DNA of 64,000 nt from Dehalococcoidia bacterium (GTDB taxonomy: Bacteria > Chloroflexota > Dehalococcoidia > Lucifugimonadales > Australimonadaceae), in NCBI GenBank assembly GCA_034423175.1, contig DAOUJA010000057.1, forward strand, positions 2,800 through 66,799, read 5' to 3'. Position 1 is the stretch's first letter; each line of letters begins with the position of its first letter. The notes beneath the pieces were generated by a model. The model saw only the letters and a program-made list of their open reading frames with translations, was not told where the DNA came from and ran no database searches. Made by a program: the position numbers and the translations under genes. Below are positions 18,479 to 27,566 of this stretch, in pieces.

Positions 18479-19480
18479 ATGTGGGGGAGCCCGCATTTCT
18501 TCTGGGTGAACCTCGGGGTCTCGGCGGCACTGCTGGCCATCGCGGTCTACCTGATGGTTGGACCCGCCCAGCACCGGTTGGTCCGCGTCACGAGGGCACA
18601 CCGATGGGAGACGTTCCTGATGCTGGGGATCCCCGCCGGGACCGGCTGTCTCGTGGCGATGCACCTATGGAGCTCAGTATCAGTACCGCTATGGGGGTGG
18701 TCCCATGTCGTGAAGTGGCTGGCATTGGCGGTGCTCGTCGCTACGTATCCGGCCATCCGGCGGTACGGCCATGAGCTACTGACGACGCTGTGGGGATTCA
18801 CGATCGCCATGGCGGCCATCGGACTCGTTGCGGGCCTAGGCGCCGCTTTTGCCAGAAGTCCGGGAGAGGCTTTCCCGCTGCCTATCGTGCTGTTCAAGTT
18901 CCCGACCGATAGCTGGGCTGTCGGGGAGGCCTACTTCGGACCGCTCGTGTACTTCAGTCTCCGGGACGCACTCCGGCTGGTCGTGATGTTCTGGTTCATC
19001 CGCAGGGCCGCGCGCGTCAGCATAGCGCACGCATTCCTGCTGCTCGGTCTCTCGATGTCAGACCGGTCGTTCGATATCTCGCAGCTGTGGCCGTTCCTGC
19101 ACGGGCTGGACGCCATCCCGGTTGCAGCCGCGCACCTTGCGGCGCAGGTGGCGCTGAACGTACTGCTGCTCTGGGCGCTCATCCGGCACGAGACGTTCAC
19201 GGCGTCCGTCCTAAGGGCAACAGCGGCGGCCACTATCGCAGCGTCAGGACTGGCGCCGCTGATAGGGTCGGTGCTCTGGAGAGCAATCACGGTGTGGCCC
19301 ATCACGTCGGGAGTCGAAGCGGGCAACGTCGTGTTCTCGCCACCCGGTGTCTTGTTCGTGGCCGTGCGGAGCGTCATCGGCCTGCTGCCGGTGCTCGTGC
19401 TGGGCTACCTGTACGCCCGGACGGTCAGACCACGCATCCCACACGAGGAGACCCGGGGAGGTCTCGTGCCTCCGGGGTAG
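18479..19480 (+). CDS. hypothetical polytopic membrane protein
   Basis: 333 aa with about 9 hydrophobic segments. No family recognised. Confidence 0.5.
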   Translation: MWGSPHFFWVNLGVSAALLAIAVYLMVGPAQHRLVRVTRAHRWETFLMLGIPAGTGCLVAMHLWSSVSVPLWGWSHVVKWLALAVLVATYPAIRRYGHELLTTLWGFTIAMAAIGLVAGLGAAFARSPGEAFPLPIVLFKFPTDSWAVGEAYFGPLVYFSLRDALRLVVMFWFIRRAARVSIAHAFLLLGLSMSDRSFDISQLWPFLHGLDAIPVAAAHLAAQVALNVLLLWALIRHETFTASVLRATAAATIAASGLAPLIGSVLWRAITVWPITSGVEAGNVVFSPPGVLFVAVRSVIGLLPVLVLGYLYARTVRPRIPHEETRGGLVPPG

Positions 19481-19880
19481 CAGGGGGAGGGACGGTCTGC
19501 AAGACCAGCGCAGCCGCCCCGCCGCGTGACCTGGCGGGCACTCTGGATTCCCGTTTTCACAGGAACGACGGGGGGGCCGGGCGCCTCCAAGAGACGCCCC
19601 TACACCAGACACCCCGCCGCGGGGGGAGGGGGGGCCGGGCACCCACAAGGGATGCCCCTACACCAGACACCCTTCCGCCCTACACCACCGCCCCGCCGCG
19701 GGACCTGGCGGTCACTCTGGATTCCCGTTTTCACGGGAACGACGGGGGGGGGGGCACCCACAAGGGATGCCCCTACACCGGGCACCCTTCCGCCCTGCAT
19801 CACCGCCCCGCCGCGTGACCGGGCGGTCACTCTGGATTCCCGCTTTCGCGGGAACGACGGGGGGGGGGGCCGGGCGTCTA
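19481..19880 (+). repeat. BIME-like cluster of alternating REP-like hairpin elements with long poly-G tracts
   Basis: Three ~64-nt family-A units start at 19514, 19688 and 19803 (ccgccccgccgcg[t/g]gacc[t/g]ggcgg[g/t]cactctggattcccg[t/c]ttt..gggaacgacggggggg). They are interleaved with three family-B units (gggc[a/g]cc.caag.ga.gcccctacacc) at about 19578, 19636 and 19752. G11 runs lie at 19744-19754 and 19859-19869. Confidence 0.75.
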
Positions 19881-19959
19881 CTCGCCGACCAATTCGATGC
19901 GGTCGCTGTAGCGGCGGAAGTCAGCGGCGTTGAAGGTCAGCAGGCGGCGCTCGACGTGC

Positions 19960-20205
19960 CTACACGCGCTCCTCGTACATATCCTCCCGCCTGAGGCTCA
20001 CGCCTTCCGACAGCCGTGCCGTGGGGTGAGGCGGCCACCACTCGTTGAGATTGGCAGAGCGGGACCTGTGCGCCGCGATGTACTCGCGCATGGCATCTTC
20101 GAGCACGGCGTTTAAGCGGCGTCCGTCCCTTTTGGCAAGTTCGCGCAGGTCGGCCAGCAACTCGGAGTCAACCCGGCTGGAGAATCTCTCGCGCTGGATG
20201 GTCAT
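19960..20205 (-). CDS. ribbon-helix-helix (CopG-like) DNA-binding protein
   Basis: Start moved to MTIQRERFSSRVDSELLADLRELAKRDGRRLNAVLEDAMREYI (CAT at 20203-20205, preceded by GAGGAGG). Confidence 0.55.
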   Translation of the reverse strand: MTIQRERFSSRVDSELLADLRELAKRDGRRLNAVLEDAMREYIAAHRSRSANLNEWWPPHPTARLSEGVSLRREDMYEERV

Positions 20206-20221
20206 TGTCGCCTCCTCGACT

Positions 20222-20509
20222 TCAACCAATCGACTCGTGCCGCTGGACGTGCTCGCGGAGCGCACGGTTGATGTCCGTCTGGTAGCCGCGGCCATCGCGC
20301 GCATGCACCTTGAACCAGGTCAACACGTCCGCGTCCAGCCGGAGCGTGACCTGCCGCTTCACGGGACGGTAGAACAGTCCCCGCCTCGCGTTCGACCAGT
20401 CGAGCACCTCGGGGATATCTGCCGTATCGATCTCGTCGTCCGACAGCCTCTCCAGAGCCTCGATCTGTGCTCGCTGCTCTGCGGTCAACTCAGCTCGTTC
20501 CTTCTTCAT
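20222..20509 (-). CDS. brnA: BrnA-type antitoxin
   Basis: DIPEVLDWSNARRGLFYRPVKRQVTLRLDADVLTWFK...GYQTDINRALREHV. Start ambiguous between 20509 and 20524. Overlaps the brnT stop. Confidence 0.75.
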   Translation of the reverse strand: MKKERAELTAEQRAQIEALERLSDDEIDTADIPEVLDWSNARRGLFYRPVKRQVTLRLDADVLTWFKVHARDGRGYQTDINRALREHVQRHESIG

Positions 20510-20795
20510 ACGCGTCCCTTTCATGACCGGTCGCCTTCCGCGCGCTGATGATGCGTCCAACCTCATTCCCCGTGTCCGCGTCACGCTCGGGCCAAGTATG
20601 TACAACCATCAGGACCACCGTGCCGACCATTCCTATCGTCCGCCACCGTTGCTCGTAGGGATACGGATCCTCGACCGTAGCTGCAAGCGGATCATCGAAC
20701 ACCAGCGCGGCGGTCTCGAATCTGAGGTCGTGAATGCGCCGGTTTGTTGCGTCCTTCGCCGGGTCCCATTCCCAGAGCGGTGCGCCATCTGTCAT
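20490..20795 (-). CDS. brnT: BrnT-type ribonuclease toxin (DUF497)
   Basis: WEWDPAKDATNRRIHDLRFETAALVFDDPLA...RIISARKATGHERDAYEE. Confidence 0.8.
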   Translation of the reverse strand: MTDGAPLWEWDPAKDATNRRIHDLRFETAALVFDDPLAATVEDPYPYEQRWRTIGMVGTVVLMVVHTWPERDADTGNEVGRIISARKATGHERDAYEEGTS

Positions 20796-20832
20796 TACAG
20801 GATTGTAGTTACAGAATATGGCTCAGGCAACC

Positions 20833-21492
20833 CTACCCGCCGGTCACCGCGGCCCGGCAGCACTGCTCGTCCTGGTCGGGGGCGCCGCCGGCAACGCCGA
20901 TGGCGCCGACGACGTAGGGTCTGCCGATGGGGATGGCGCCGGGGCCGGCGGTGAGGCGCGTGCGGTCCAGCGACTCGGGGGCGCGTTCGAGGGAGCGCTC
21001 GTTGATCTGCGACGTGGAGAGCGTGAAGCCGACGGCGGTGTATGCGCGGTTGGCGGCGGTCTGCGCCTTGGCGGCGTCGTCCGATGCGGCCGGGGAGGTC
21101 GCGACGGGCTCGCCGTGCTGGTCGACGACGGCGACGCTGACGTCGATGCCGAGCTCGCCCGCGCGGACGAGGGCCGACCGGATGAGCTGCTCCGCCCACT
21201 CGACGGAGACGGCGGGGGTGTCCTGCTTCGCTTCGAGGAAGAAGACGCGGTTGCGCTCGATCGAGGCCTTCCACTGCTCGGGCACCTCGTGTTCGAGGTA
21301 GATGGCGTCCACGGGGCAGACGAGCACGCACTGCTCGCAGGCGATGCAGAGGGCCGGGTCGATGAAGAACTGGGGCTCGTCGTCGGAGGAGGCGATGCAG
21401 TCGACGGGGCAGACCTCGACGCAGGTGCCGTCCTTCACGCCGATGCAGGGGTCAGTGATGACGTAGCTGGAGAAGGGGGCGTCCGTGGTCAT
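20833..21492 (-). CDS. 2x[4Fe-4S] ferredoxin fused to a GlcG/HbpS/PduO-C (DUF336)-like domain
   Basis: CIGVKDGTCVEVCP and CIACEQCVLVCP cluster motifs. C-terminal ANRAYTAVGF...GAIPIG...VGAIGVAGGAPDQDEQC. RBS GGAGGA lies 15 nt after the upstream stop. Confidence 0.7.
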   Translation of the reverse strand: MTTDAPFSSYVITDPCIGVKDGTCVEVCPVDCIASSDDEPQFFIDPALCIACEQCVLVCPVDAIYLEHEVPEQWKASIERNRVFFLEAKQDTPAVSVEWAEQLIRSALVRAGELGIDVSVAVVDQHGEPVATSPAASDDAAKAQTAANRAYTAVGFTLSTSQINERSLERAPESLDRTRLTAGPGAIPIGRPYVVGAIGVAGGAPDQDEQCCRAAVTGG

Positions 21493-21507
21493 GCGCGCGT
21501 CCTCCGG

Positions 21508-22065
21508 TTACGAGTCGGGACGGCCGACGACCAGCGGGAGGTCGGTCAGCACGGCGTCGCCGACGTACTCATCGCGCCCCGGCGCGAGGCCGGCTGCGTT
21601 AGCGGCAGCAGCCGAGTCCACAGGGCGGACCGTCGCGCGGTAGCCCAGCTCCCGGATGTAGGCCGCGAGGCTGAAGTTGACGGAAGCCGACTCGTGCAGA
21701 ACGTGCTGTCCGGCCATGCCCTTCGCCCTGTCCGGGTGGTGCTCGGCGTGGACGGCGACCACGACGGTGAAGGGGTGGTCCCCGGCCAGTCGTGCGGGGT
21801 CCGTGTCGTCATCCGGGAGAAGGAAGGCGGTGTCGGTCCTCGCCACGCCCAGGGCGCTCGCGCCCAGGAACGCGGTCAGTTGGCCCAGGTCGTCCACCAG
21901 CCGCGCAGGTCCGGGCAGCTCGCTGCGGACCGGGAAGGTGCGCCCCTCCGGCGCGCGGCGTATCGCCTCGGTGATGGAGTTCGCCGGGTCGGCGAGCGGC
22001 CTGTTGACGAAGGCGTCCCAGTAGGGGTCGCGCGAGCGGCGCAGGGGCCAGCGGAGGAGTCCCAT
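21508..22065 (-). CDS. truncated reductive-dehalogenase-like paralog (core fragment, no Fe-S domain)
   Basis: The 185 aa align by eye to the upstream RdhA-like protein (FLGASALGV vs HLGASDVGI; AAYIRELGYRATV vs AGYIRELGYGVATRV; VLTDLPLVVGRP vs ILTDLPLVPDEP). They stop exactly where the Fe-S domain would begin. Confidence 0.5.
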   Translation of the reverse strand: MGLLRWPLRRSRDPYWDAFVNRPLADPANSITEAIRRAPEGRTFPVRSELPGPARLVDDLGQLTAFLGASALGVARTDTAFLLPDDDTDPARLAGDHPFTVVVAVHAEHHPDRAKGMAGQHVLHESASVNFSLAAYIRELGYRATVRPVDSAAAANAAGLAPGRDEYVGDAVLTDLPLVVGRPDS

Positions 22066-22068
22066 GCC

Positions 22069-23373
22069 CTACGCCTTGCTCTTCAGCTTCTCTTTGAGGA
22101 TGTCGAAGCGGCGCGTGTTCTCCTTGAGCGGATAGTAGTAGCCGCGCTCCGGCTCCTCCGGCATGACCGTCCCGTCCGGCAGCTTGAGGCGTCCGGAGTC
22201 GTGGCTCATCCACTGCACCCGCTTGCGGCCGAGCTTGCCCCAGAAACGGTCGTCTATCCACTTCAGCGCGCGGGTCGTGATGCCGCGCAGGGGGATGGGC
22301 GTCCACTTGATGGACCGCACGGCCACGGTGCGCCACCAGACGTCCGGTTTGGTGTAGGGGCAGACGGCCACACAGGTCATGCAGATGTCCCAGTACTCCA
22401 TGACGTGGGGGCGCAGGCGGTAGCAGGTCTCCCAATTGATCTTGTACTTCTCGACGCCGTTGACGACCTTCTTGCCCTCCGTGGAGATGCTGTTGGTGGG
22501 GCAGGTGTTGGCGCACTTGCGGCAGACCTTGCAGAAGTCCTCGACGCCGATGTCGATGGGCTCGTCGGGCACGAGCGGGAGGTCGGTGAGGATGGGGTCG
22601 CCGAGATGGACGCGCGCGCCGAACCGCTCGGTGATGAGCATGCCGTGCCGGCCGATCTCGCCGAGCCCGGCCCCGAGCGCCACGGGCATGGGCGTCGCCA
22701 CGCGCGTCGCCACGCCGTAGCCCAGCTCGCGGATGTAGCCCGCGAGGTTGGCGTAGGTGGAGCGGAGCGCCTCAGCGCCGAAGTGGTAGGCGGCGTCGCC
22801 GATGCGGTGGCGGTGCGCGCGGCCCATCTCGTAGTCCCAAGCGTAGATGCAGGCGATGGCGTACGGGTAGCGCCGGGCGGTCTCCTCGGCGCTCACCATG
22901 ATCGTGCCGCCCCCGCCGTCGGCGCCCCGGCCGTCGTCGGGATAGCGTCCTTCCTTGTAGAGGAACGACGGGTGGACGCGCATGATGCCGACGTCCGACG
23001 CGCCCAGATGCTTGGCGACGCGCTTGATGTGCTCGGTCATGACCTTCGGGTCGACGACCTCGGTGCGCTGGGGGTTGATCTTCCCTCGCGGCGCCCCGGC
23101 GATGTGCGTTTCTATGGCGTTGCGCCGGTCAGCCGACGAGTTGGCCGTCGCGACGCGCCCGAGGGGGTCGCGGGAGGTGCGGTTGAAGTACCAGTTGTGG
23201 AGGGGCTTGCCGAGCTCGCCCCGCTTGTTCTTCTCGTGGGGGGTCTGCGAGGCGTCGACGGACTGCCAATCGCCCACGACCCGGACGCTGCGTCCCAGGT
23301 ACGGAATAGGCTCCCACGCCGCTTCCTCGTTCCGCGTTTCGTCTGTCGTGACCATGGGCGACCTCCCTGTCAC
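22069..23373 (-). CDS. reductive dehalogenase homolog (RdhA-like), no TAT signal
   Basis: C-terminal CKVCRKCANTCP and CMTCVAVCP Fe-S motifs, and the GEIGRHGMLITERFGARVHLGDPILTDLPL core. The N-terminus lacks an RRxFLK motif. No rdhB-like anchor gene is adjacent. Confidence 0.75.
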   Translation of the reverse strand: MTGRSPMVTTDETRNEEAAWEPIPYLGRSVRVVGDWQSVDASQTPHEKNKRGELGKPLHNWYFNRTSRDPLGRVATANSSADRRNAIETHIAGAPRGKINPQRTEVVDPKVMTEHIKRVAKHLGASDVGIMRVHPSFLYKEGRYPDDGRGADGGGGTIMVSAEETARRYPYAIACIYAWDYEMGRAHRHRIGDAAYHFGAEALRSTYANLAGYIRELGYGVATRVATPMPVALGAGLGEIGRHGMLITERFGARVHLGDPILTDLPLVPDEPIDIGVEDFCKVCRKCANTCPTNSISTEGKKVVNGVEKYKINWETCYRLRPHVMEYWDICMTCVAVCPYTKPDVWWRTVAVRSIKWTPIPLRGITTRALKWIDDRFWGKLGRKRVQWMSHDSGRLKLPDGTVMPEEPERGYYYPLKENTRRFDILKEKLKSKA

Positions 23374-23463
23374 GGGGTTACGGGGACACTATACGCCAGA
23401 AAGGAGCGAAACGCGCCGCCGTCGGATGACGGGAACCTGCCGAGGCGTGGGCCGCCGGACGCC

Positions 23464-23493
23464 CTGGGTTCCAGCCTCCGCTGGAATGACGGG
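23464..23493 (+). repeat. REP-like hairpin, family A variant
   Basis: ctgggttccagcctccgctggaatgacggg (stem TTCCAGC/GCTGGAA), in the gap between the SDR and the RdhA-like gene. Confidence 0.45.
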
Positions 23494-23497
23494 AGCT

Positions 23498-24295
23498 CTA
23501 GCGGCGGGCGCCGCCGTTGGCGTCGATGACTTCGCCGGTGATGTAGCCGCCGTAGTCGGAGGCGAGCCAGACGACGGTGCCGGCGTGCTCCTCCGGCTTG
23601 CCGAGGCGTCCCATCGCGGAGACGCCGCCGGGGCCGTAGGCCGCGGAGGAGTCCTCGCGCCAGCGGGGGCGGTGCGGCGTCTCGATGCCGCCGACGGCGA
23701 TGGCGTTGACGCGGACCTCCGGCCCCCAGGCCTGCGCCATGGAGAGCGTCATGTTGATGACGCCCGCCTTCGCCGCGCCGTAGGCGGGGGAGTCCGGGCT
23801 CGGCGCGCGTCCGGCGACCGAGGCGATGTTGATGATGGCGCCCTTGCCCTGCTGCTTCATGGCGGGGACCGCCGCGACGCTGCACTGGAACATGGTGACG
23901 ACATTCACGCGGTACGCCTCGATGAGGTCGTGCTCGGTCAACTCCATCAGCGGGCCGGCCTTGAACGTCTCGCCCCAGCTGCCGCCAACGACGTTCACGA
24001 GGACGTCGATGCGCCCACACTCGGCGAGGACGCGCTCGACCATGGCGTCGACCTGCGCCTTGTCGCGGACGTCGGCGGTGACGCCGAGGGCGCGTCGTCC
24101 GAGGGCCTCGACGGCTGCGACGCCGTCGCTCACCGGCGCGTGGGGCCGGGCGCGCCCGTCCGTGACTTCCTCCGGCTCGCGGGCGACGACGACGATGTCG
24201 GCGCCGTGCTTCGCGAGCTCGGTGCAGCAGGCGAAGCCGAGTCCCTGCGCTCCGCCGGTAACGATGGCCACCCTGCCAGTGAGGTCGAAGTCCAT
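23498..24295 (-). CDS. short-chain dehydrogenase/reductase (FabG-like)
   Basis: VAIVTGGAQGLG, NIASVAG, YGAAKAGV. Confidence 0.8.
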   Translation of the reverse strand: MDFDLTGRVAIVTGGAQGLGFACCTELAKHGADIVVVAREPEEVTDGRARPHAPVSDGVAAVEALGRRALGVTADVRDKAQVDAMVERVLAECGRIDVLVNVVGGSWGETFKAGPLMELTEHDLIEAYRVNVVTMFQCSVAAVPAMKQQGKGAIINIASVAGRAPSPDSPAYGAAKAGVINMTLSMAQAWGPEVRVNAIAVGGIETPHRPRWREDSSAAYGPGGVSAMGRLGKPEEHAGTVVWLASDYGGYITGEVIDANGGARR

Positions 24296-24412
24296 GATGT
24301 GTGCTCCTTTCGGTTGCGTCCGCGTCCGTCATCCCGGGATGCGGGGGCCCCGCGGTCCGTGGCGGGGCTGAGGATACAGCACCCGGCGACACCGGCTCCC
24401 GGGCGTCGCTTC

Positions 24413-25159
24413 CTAAGGCGGAGCGTCTCCTTCATCGCGGGCAATCCGCTGGCCCCGGAACCAGGCGAGGACCGTCAGGGCGAGCAGTAGGGCCGCGCCG
24501 CCTCCTACCACCGCCACGGCCACGGACGACCCGTCCAGCAGGCCGTCGTACCTCGCCAGAACCGCCGCAACCGCCACCATGAGGCCGGCCACCAGCAAGC
24601 CGGCAACGATGAGTCCGGCGAGCATGAGGCCCTCGTGCCGGAGGACCAGCCGTCTCTCGCCGGGGTCCACCCCCTGCGACTCCATGAGGCGTCCCTGCCG
24701 CATGATCCCCGTGATGCGATGCACGGCGATGAGGCCGACCAGGCACGCGACGAAGAGCGCCGCGTCCAGGTAGACGGAGCGGTCATCCACCAGCCCCTCC
24801 TGGAACTCGAGCAGTTCATGCCATCCGATGCGGTTGTGCGACCAGGCCGGAAAGGCGTGAGGCACGGAAACCGCGAACGCGACGAGCCAGAAGGCTATGC
24901 GGTCGCGACCGAGGGCCTGAAGCACCCGGTACGCGGCAAGACCCGCACCCGCCACAACCACCGGCTGCCACGGGACGAAGCGCAGGAGCAGCTCGTCCGC
25001 TCTCTCCACCCACGAGGTCACTCCCACGTTCAGGATGAAGCCTGTGTCCCACAGCACGTAGACGGCGAGCAGCAGCAGGGCGGCAATGACCGCCGACTCC
25101 ACGGCGGCGAACCACGCGCTTCCGTCGCGCCGGTCCGGTCTACCGATAGGTCTCAACAT
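24413..25159 (-). CDS. hypothetical membrane protein, last gene of the MoxR/DUF58 operon
   Basis: Start moved to MLRPIGRP (CAT at 25157-25159). It overlaps the DUF58 stop by 20 nt. About 6 hydrophobic segments. Confidence 0.5.
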   Translation of the reverse strand: MLRPIGRPDRRDGSAWFAAVESAVIAALLLLAVYVLWDTGFILNVGVTSWVERADELLLRFVPWQPVVVAGAGLAAYRVLQALGRDRIAFWLVAFAVSVPHAFPAWSHNRIGWHELLEFQEGLVDDRSVYLDAALFVACLVGLIAVHRITGIMRQGRLMESQGVDPGERRLVLRHEGLMLAGLIVAGLLVAGLMVAVAAVLARYDGLLDGSSVAVAVVGGGAALLLALTVLAWFRGQRIARDEGDAPP

Positions 25160-26471
25160 GCCGCACCAACACCGACGTGAACTCCTCCCGAGAAGGCTCC
25201 CACTCGATGACCGACGCACCCGCGTCACGAAGGTCCCTGGCGACCAACCGCGTTTCCCACGCGGTCAGCCCCAGTCCCTGCGTCGTGTCCCGGGACCCGT
25301 GCGGGGCCACGTGCACCACCCGGACCGGGTTGTTCCGCCCGGGGAGCGTTCCGAGCGACGCAAGACGCGTGACCGCCGTCTTGAAGCGGTCGAAGGAGCC
25401 CGCGGCCTCCCCGGGCCTTGCGTAGTGGACGTCCAACCGCGTGATGACGTAGACGGCCGGGTCCAGCCGGAGGAGGAAGCTCTTGCATCGTTCCACGGCC
25501 TGCAGGAGGTCTTCCTCGGGCGGGCCCGGTCTGAGGCCGGCCAGCATCTGTATGAGGCGGTTGAACTGGCGCTTCCCGGACTCGGGCGTCAGCAACTCGC
25601 CCCTGCCGTCGTAGCTGTTGTAGGCATAGGCGCCGAGCGTGGAGCCCTGGGCGAGGTAGTACTGCGCCAGGGTGCCGGATGCCTCCACCGTGTTCTCCAA
25701 CGGATTGGACAACGGGACGCCCACGTCCATGTAGTCCGCCATGTCCAGGAAGATCCAGACCCCTTTCTTCGCCTCCGGCTCCACATCGTTGACCAGCGGG
25801 AGGTTGTCCGCCCTCACCCCCCTCGCACTGGCCTTCCAGTTGATCCGCTTGAACGGGTCTCCCGGCTGGTAGGGCCGCAGCTCCCGGAACTCGTCCGTGG
25901 CCGCTCCCGTCCTGGAAAGGTCTCCGAGGTACCGCCCGTGCCTGGTCACGGCGCGGACCGCGTTCAGACGGGTGATGCTACGAATGCGGGGCACCACGGA
26001 GACCTGGTACGCGGAGCCGGATGAACCGGCCGTGCCCCGGTTGACGCCGAAGGGGGCGCGCGATTCCCAAGCGGTCTCCCGCAAGGCGAACTGCCCCCGC
26101 TTCGAGAACTGCACGCGGTATGAGACGTCAGCGGAGCGGCCCCCCGGCCACTTCCACACCACGCGCAGGTTGCTTCCGCTCACCACCCGGGCCTCCGGCG
26201 GCAGATCGTCGTGCACGAAGATGGCGCCGATGCCGCCGCGGGCCGTCAGCCGGCGCTCCACGGTGAGCGTGTCGCCGACCCAGCACGCGACCTTCGCCAG
26301 GCTTCGGGTCACGACTATGCCGGACGGCGGGGGAAGAGCGGTCGACAGGAGGGCCGAGACGAGGAGGAAGACCGCGCCGACCAGCAGGACGAGGTTGCCC
26401 AGGACGAACCCCGCCACCAGGATGACGAGGGAGACGGCAACCCAGCTCAGTTGCGACGGCTGTTGCTTCAC
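25140..26471 (-). CDS. DUF58 (vWA-like) protein
   Basis: FRELRPYQPGDPFKRINWKASAR...VWIFLDMADYM signature with an N-terminal TM hairpin. Likely GTG start at 26471, 14 nt after the moxR stop. The track start at 26531 would overlap moxR by 47 nt. Confidence 0.8.
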   Translation of the reverse strand: MKQQPSQLSWVAVSLVILVAGFVLGNLVLLVGAVFLLVSALLSTALPPPSGIVVTRSLAKVACWVGDTLTVERRLTARGGIGAIFVHDDLPPEARVVSGSNLRVVWKWPGGRSADVSYRVQFSKRGQFALRETAWESRAPFGVNRGTAGSSGSAYQVSVVPRIRSITRLNAVRAVTRHGRYLGDLSRTGAATDEFRELRPYQPGDPFKRINWKASARGVRADNLPLVNDVEPEAKKGVWIFLDMADYMDVGVPLSNPLENTVEASGTLAQYYLAQGSTLGAYAYNSYDGRGELLTPESGKRQFNRLIQMLAGLRPGPPEEDLLQAVERCKSFLLRLDPAVYVITRLDVHYARPGEAAGSFDRFKTAVTRLASLGTLPGRNNPVRVVHVAPHGSRDTTQGLGLTAWETRLVARDLRDAGASVIEWEPSREEFTSVLVRHVETYR

Positions 26472-26484
26472 TCCAACACCTATC

Positions 26485-27459
26485 TCACCCGGCCTCGCCG
26501 GGCACGGGCACCTGCGACAGGACCTCCTCAACGACGAGGCCGCCCTGAACGCCCTCCAGCGTGTCCTCGATGTTCAGGATGATGCGGTGGGTGAGCACGT
26601 CCGAGACGAGCATCTTGACGTCGTCCGGAACGACGAAGTCCCTGCCGTGGACGAGGGCCATAGCGCGCGAGGCCCTGAGCAGGGCCAGGCCTCCCCTCGG
26701 ACTGACGCCCACCGCCACCCTGGCGTGTTCGCGGGAGAGCCTGACCAGCTGCGTGATGTAGTCCACGATGAGCCGGTCCGTGTAGACGCCGGTCTCCACG
26801 AAGCGCTGCAACTCCACGAAGCGGCGCACGTCCACCGCCGGCTGTATGTCCGCGGTGGGGTCGTCCTTCTGCCAGTGGATGCGCCTCAGCAGGATGTCGT
26901 TCTCCAGGGCCGCATTGGCGGGATATCCCGCCGAGAGCTTCAGCAGGAAGCGGTCCAGCTGGGCCTCCGGAAGCGGATACGTGCCCTCCTGTTCGATGGG
27001 GTTCTGCGTGGCGATGACCACGAAGGGGAGCTCGAGGCGCCGCGTCACGCCGTCGATAGTGACCTGCCGCTCCTCCATGGCCTCCAGGAGCGCGGACTGG
27101 GTCTTCGGCGGGGCCCGGTTGATCTCATCGGCCAGGAGCACGTTGGTGAACACGGGGCCGGGCATCATCTGGAACGTCGAGTCCTTCTGCCTCCAGACGT
27201 TCATCCCCAGGATGTCCGACGGGAGCAGGTCCGGCGTGAACTGGACGCGCTTGGTGTCTCCGCCTATGGCCCGCGCGAAGACCTTTGCGAGGAGCGTCTT
27301 CCCCAGGCCGGGGAAGTCCTCGAAGAGCACGTGACCGTTCGCCAGGGCCGCCGCGAGGAGCTTGCGGAGCAGGAGGCGATTGCCAACGAACACCTCGGCC
27401 ACGCGGTCAATGATCTGTTCGCAGGACAGGCGAGCCTGCTCCAGTTCTTTCTCATTCAT
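26485..27459 (-). CDS. MoxR-family AAA+ ATPase
   Basis: LFEDFPGLGKTLLAKVFA (Walker A), VLLADEINRAPPKTQSALLEAMEERQVT (Walker B / sensor), ATQNPIEQEGTYPLPEAQLDRF. Confidence 0.9.
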   Translation of the reverse strand: MNEKELEQARLSCEQIIDRVAEVFVGNRLLLRKLLAAALANGHVLFEDFPGLGKTLLAKVFARAIGGDTKRVQFTPDLLPSDILGMNVWRQKDSTFQMMPGPVFTNVLLADEINRAPPKTQSALLEAMEERQVTIDGVTRRLELPFVVIATQNPIEQEGTYPLPEAQLDRFLLKLSAGYPANAALENDILLRRIHWQKDDPTADIQPAVDVRRFVELQRFVETGVYTDRLIVDYITQLVRLSREHARVAVGVSPRGGLALLRASRAMALVHGRDFVVPDDVKMLVSDVLTHRIILNIEDTLEGVQGGLVVEEVLSQVPVPGEAG

Positions 27460-27566
27460 GGGTGAGCACCACCCTGTCATCGCCAGGCATCGTTCTCAAC
27501 AGCATAGCCAACCTCCTTGCAAGTGGTCGCGGGCCTAGGCGCACCGCATCCCGGTCCGTCCATGAA

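Noticed and set aside
15083-19480. Intact prophage
   Set aside because: Only terminase-related and small hypothetical genes are present. There are no integrase, portal, capsid, tail or lysis genes and no obvious att duplication.
19481-19880. Possible CRISPR array
   Set aside because: The repeat units are ~64 nt with irregular spacing (174 and 115 nt). The intervening 'spacers' are themselves a second repeat family. No cas genes are present in the window. A REP/BIME-like mosaic explains the region better.
20818-23529. 903-aa plus-strand ORF spanning the ferredoxin-GlcG, RdhA-like and SDR region
   Set aside because: It runs antisense to four minus-strand genes that have clear motifs. Its translation is Gly/Ala/Arg/Asp-rich low complexity with no motifs. 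This is a typical high-GC shadow ORF.
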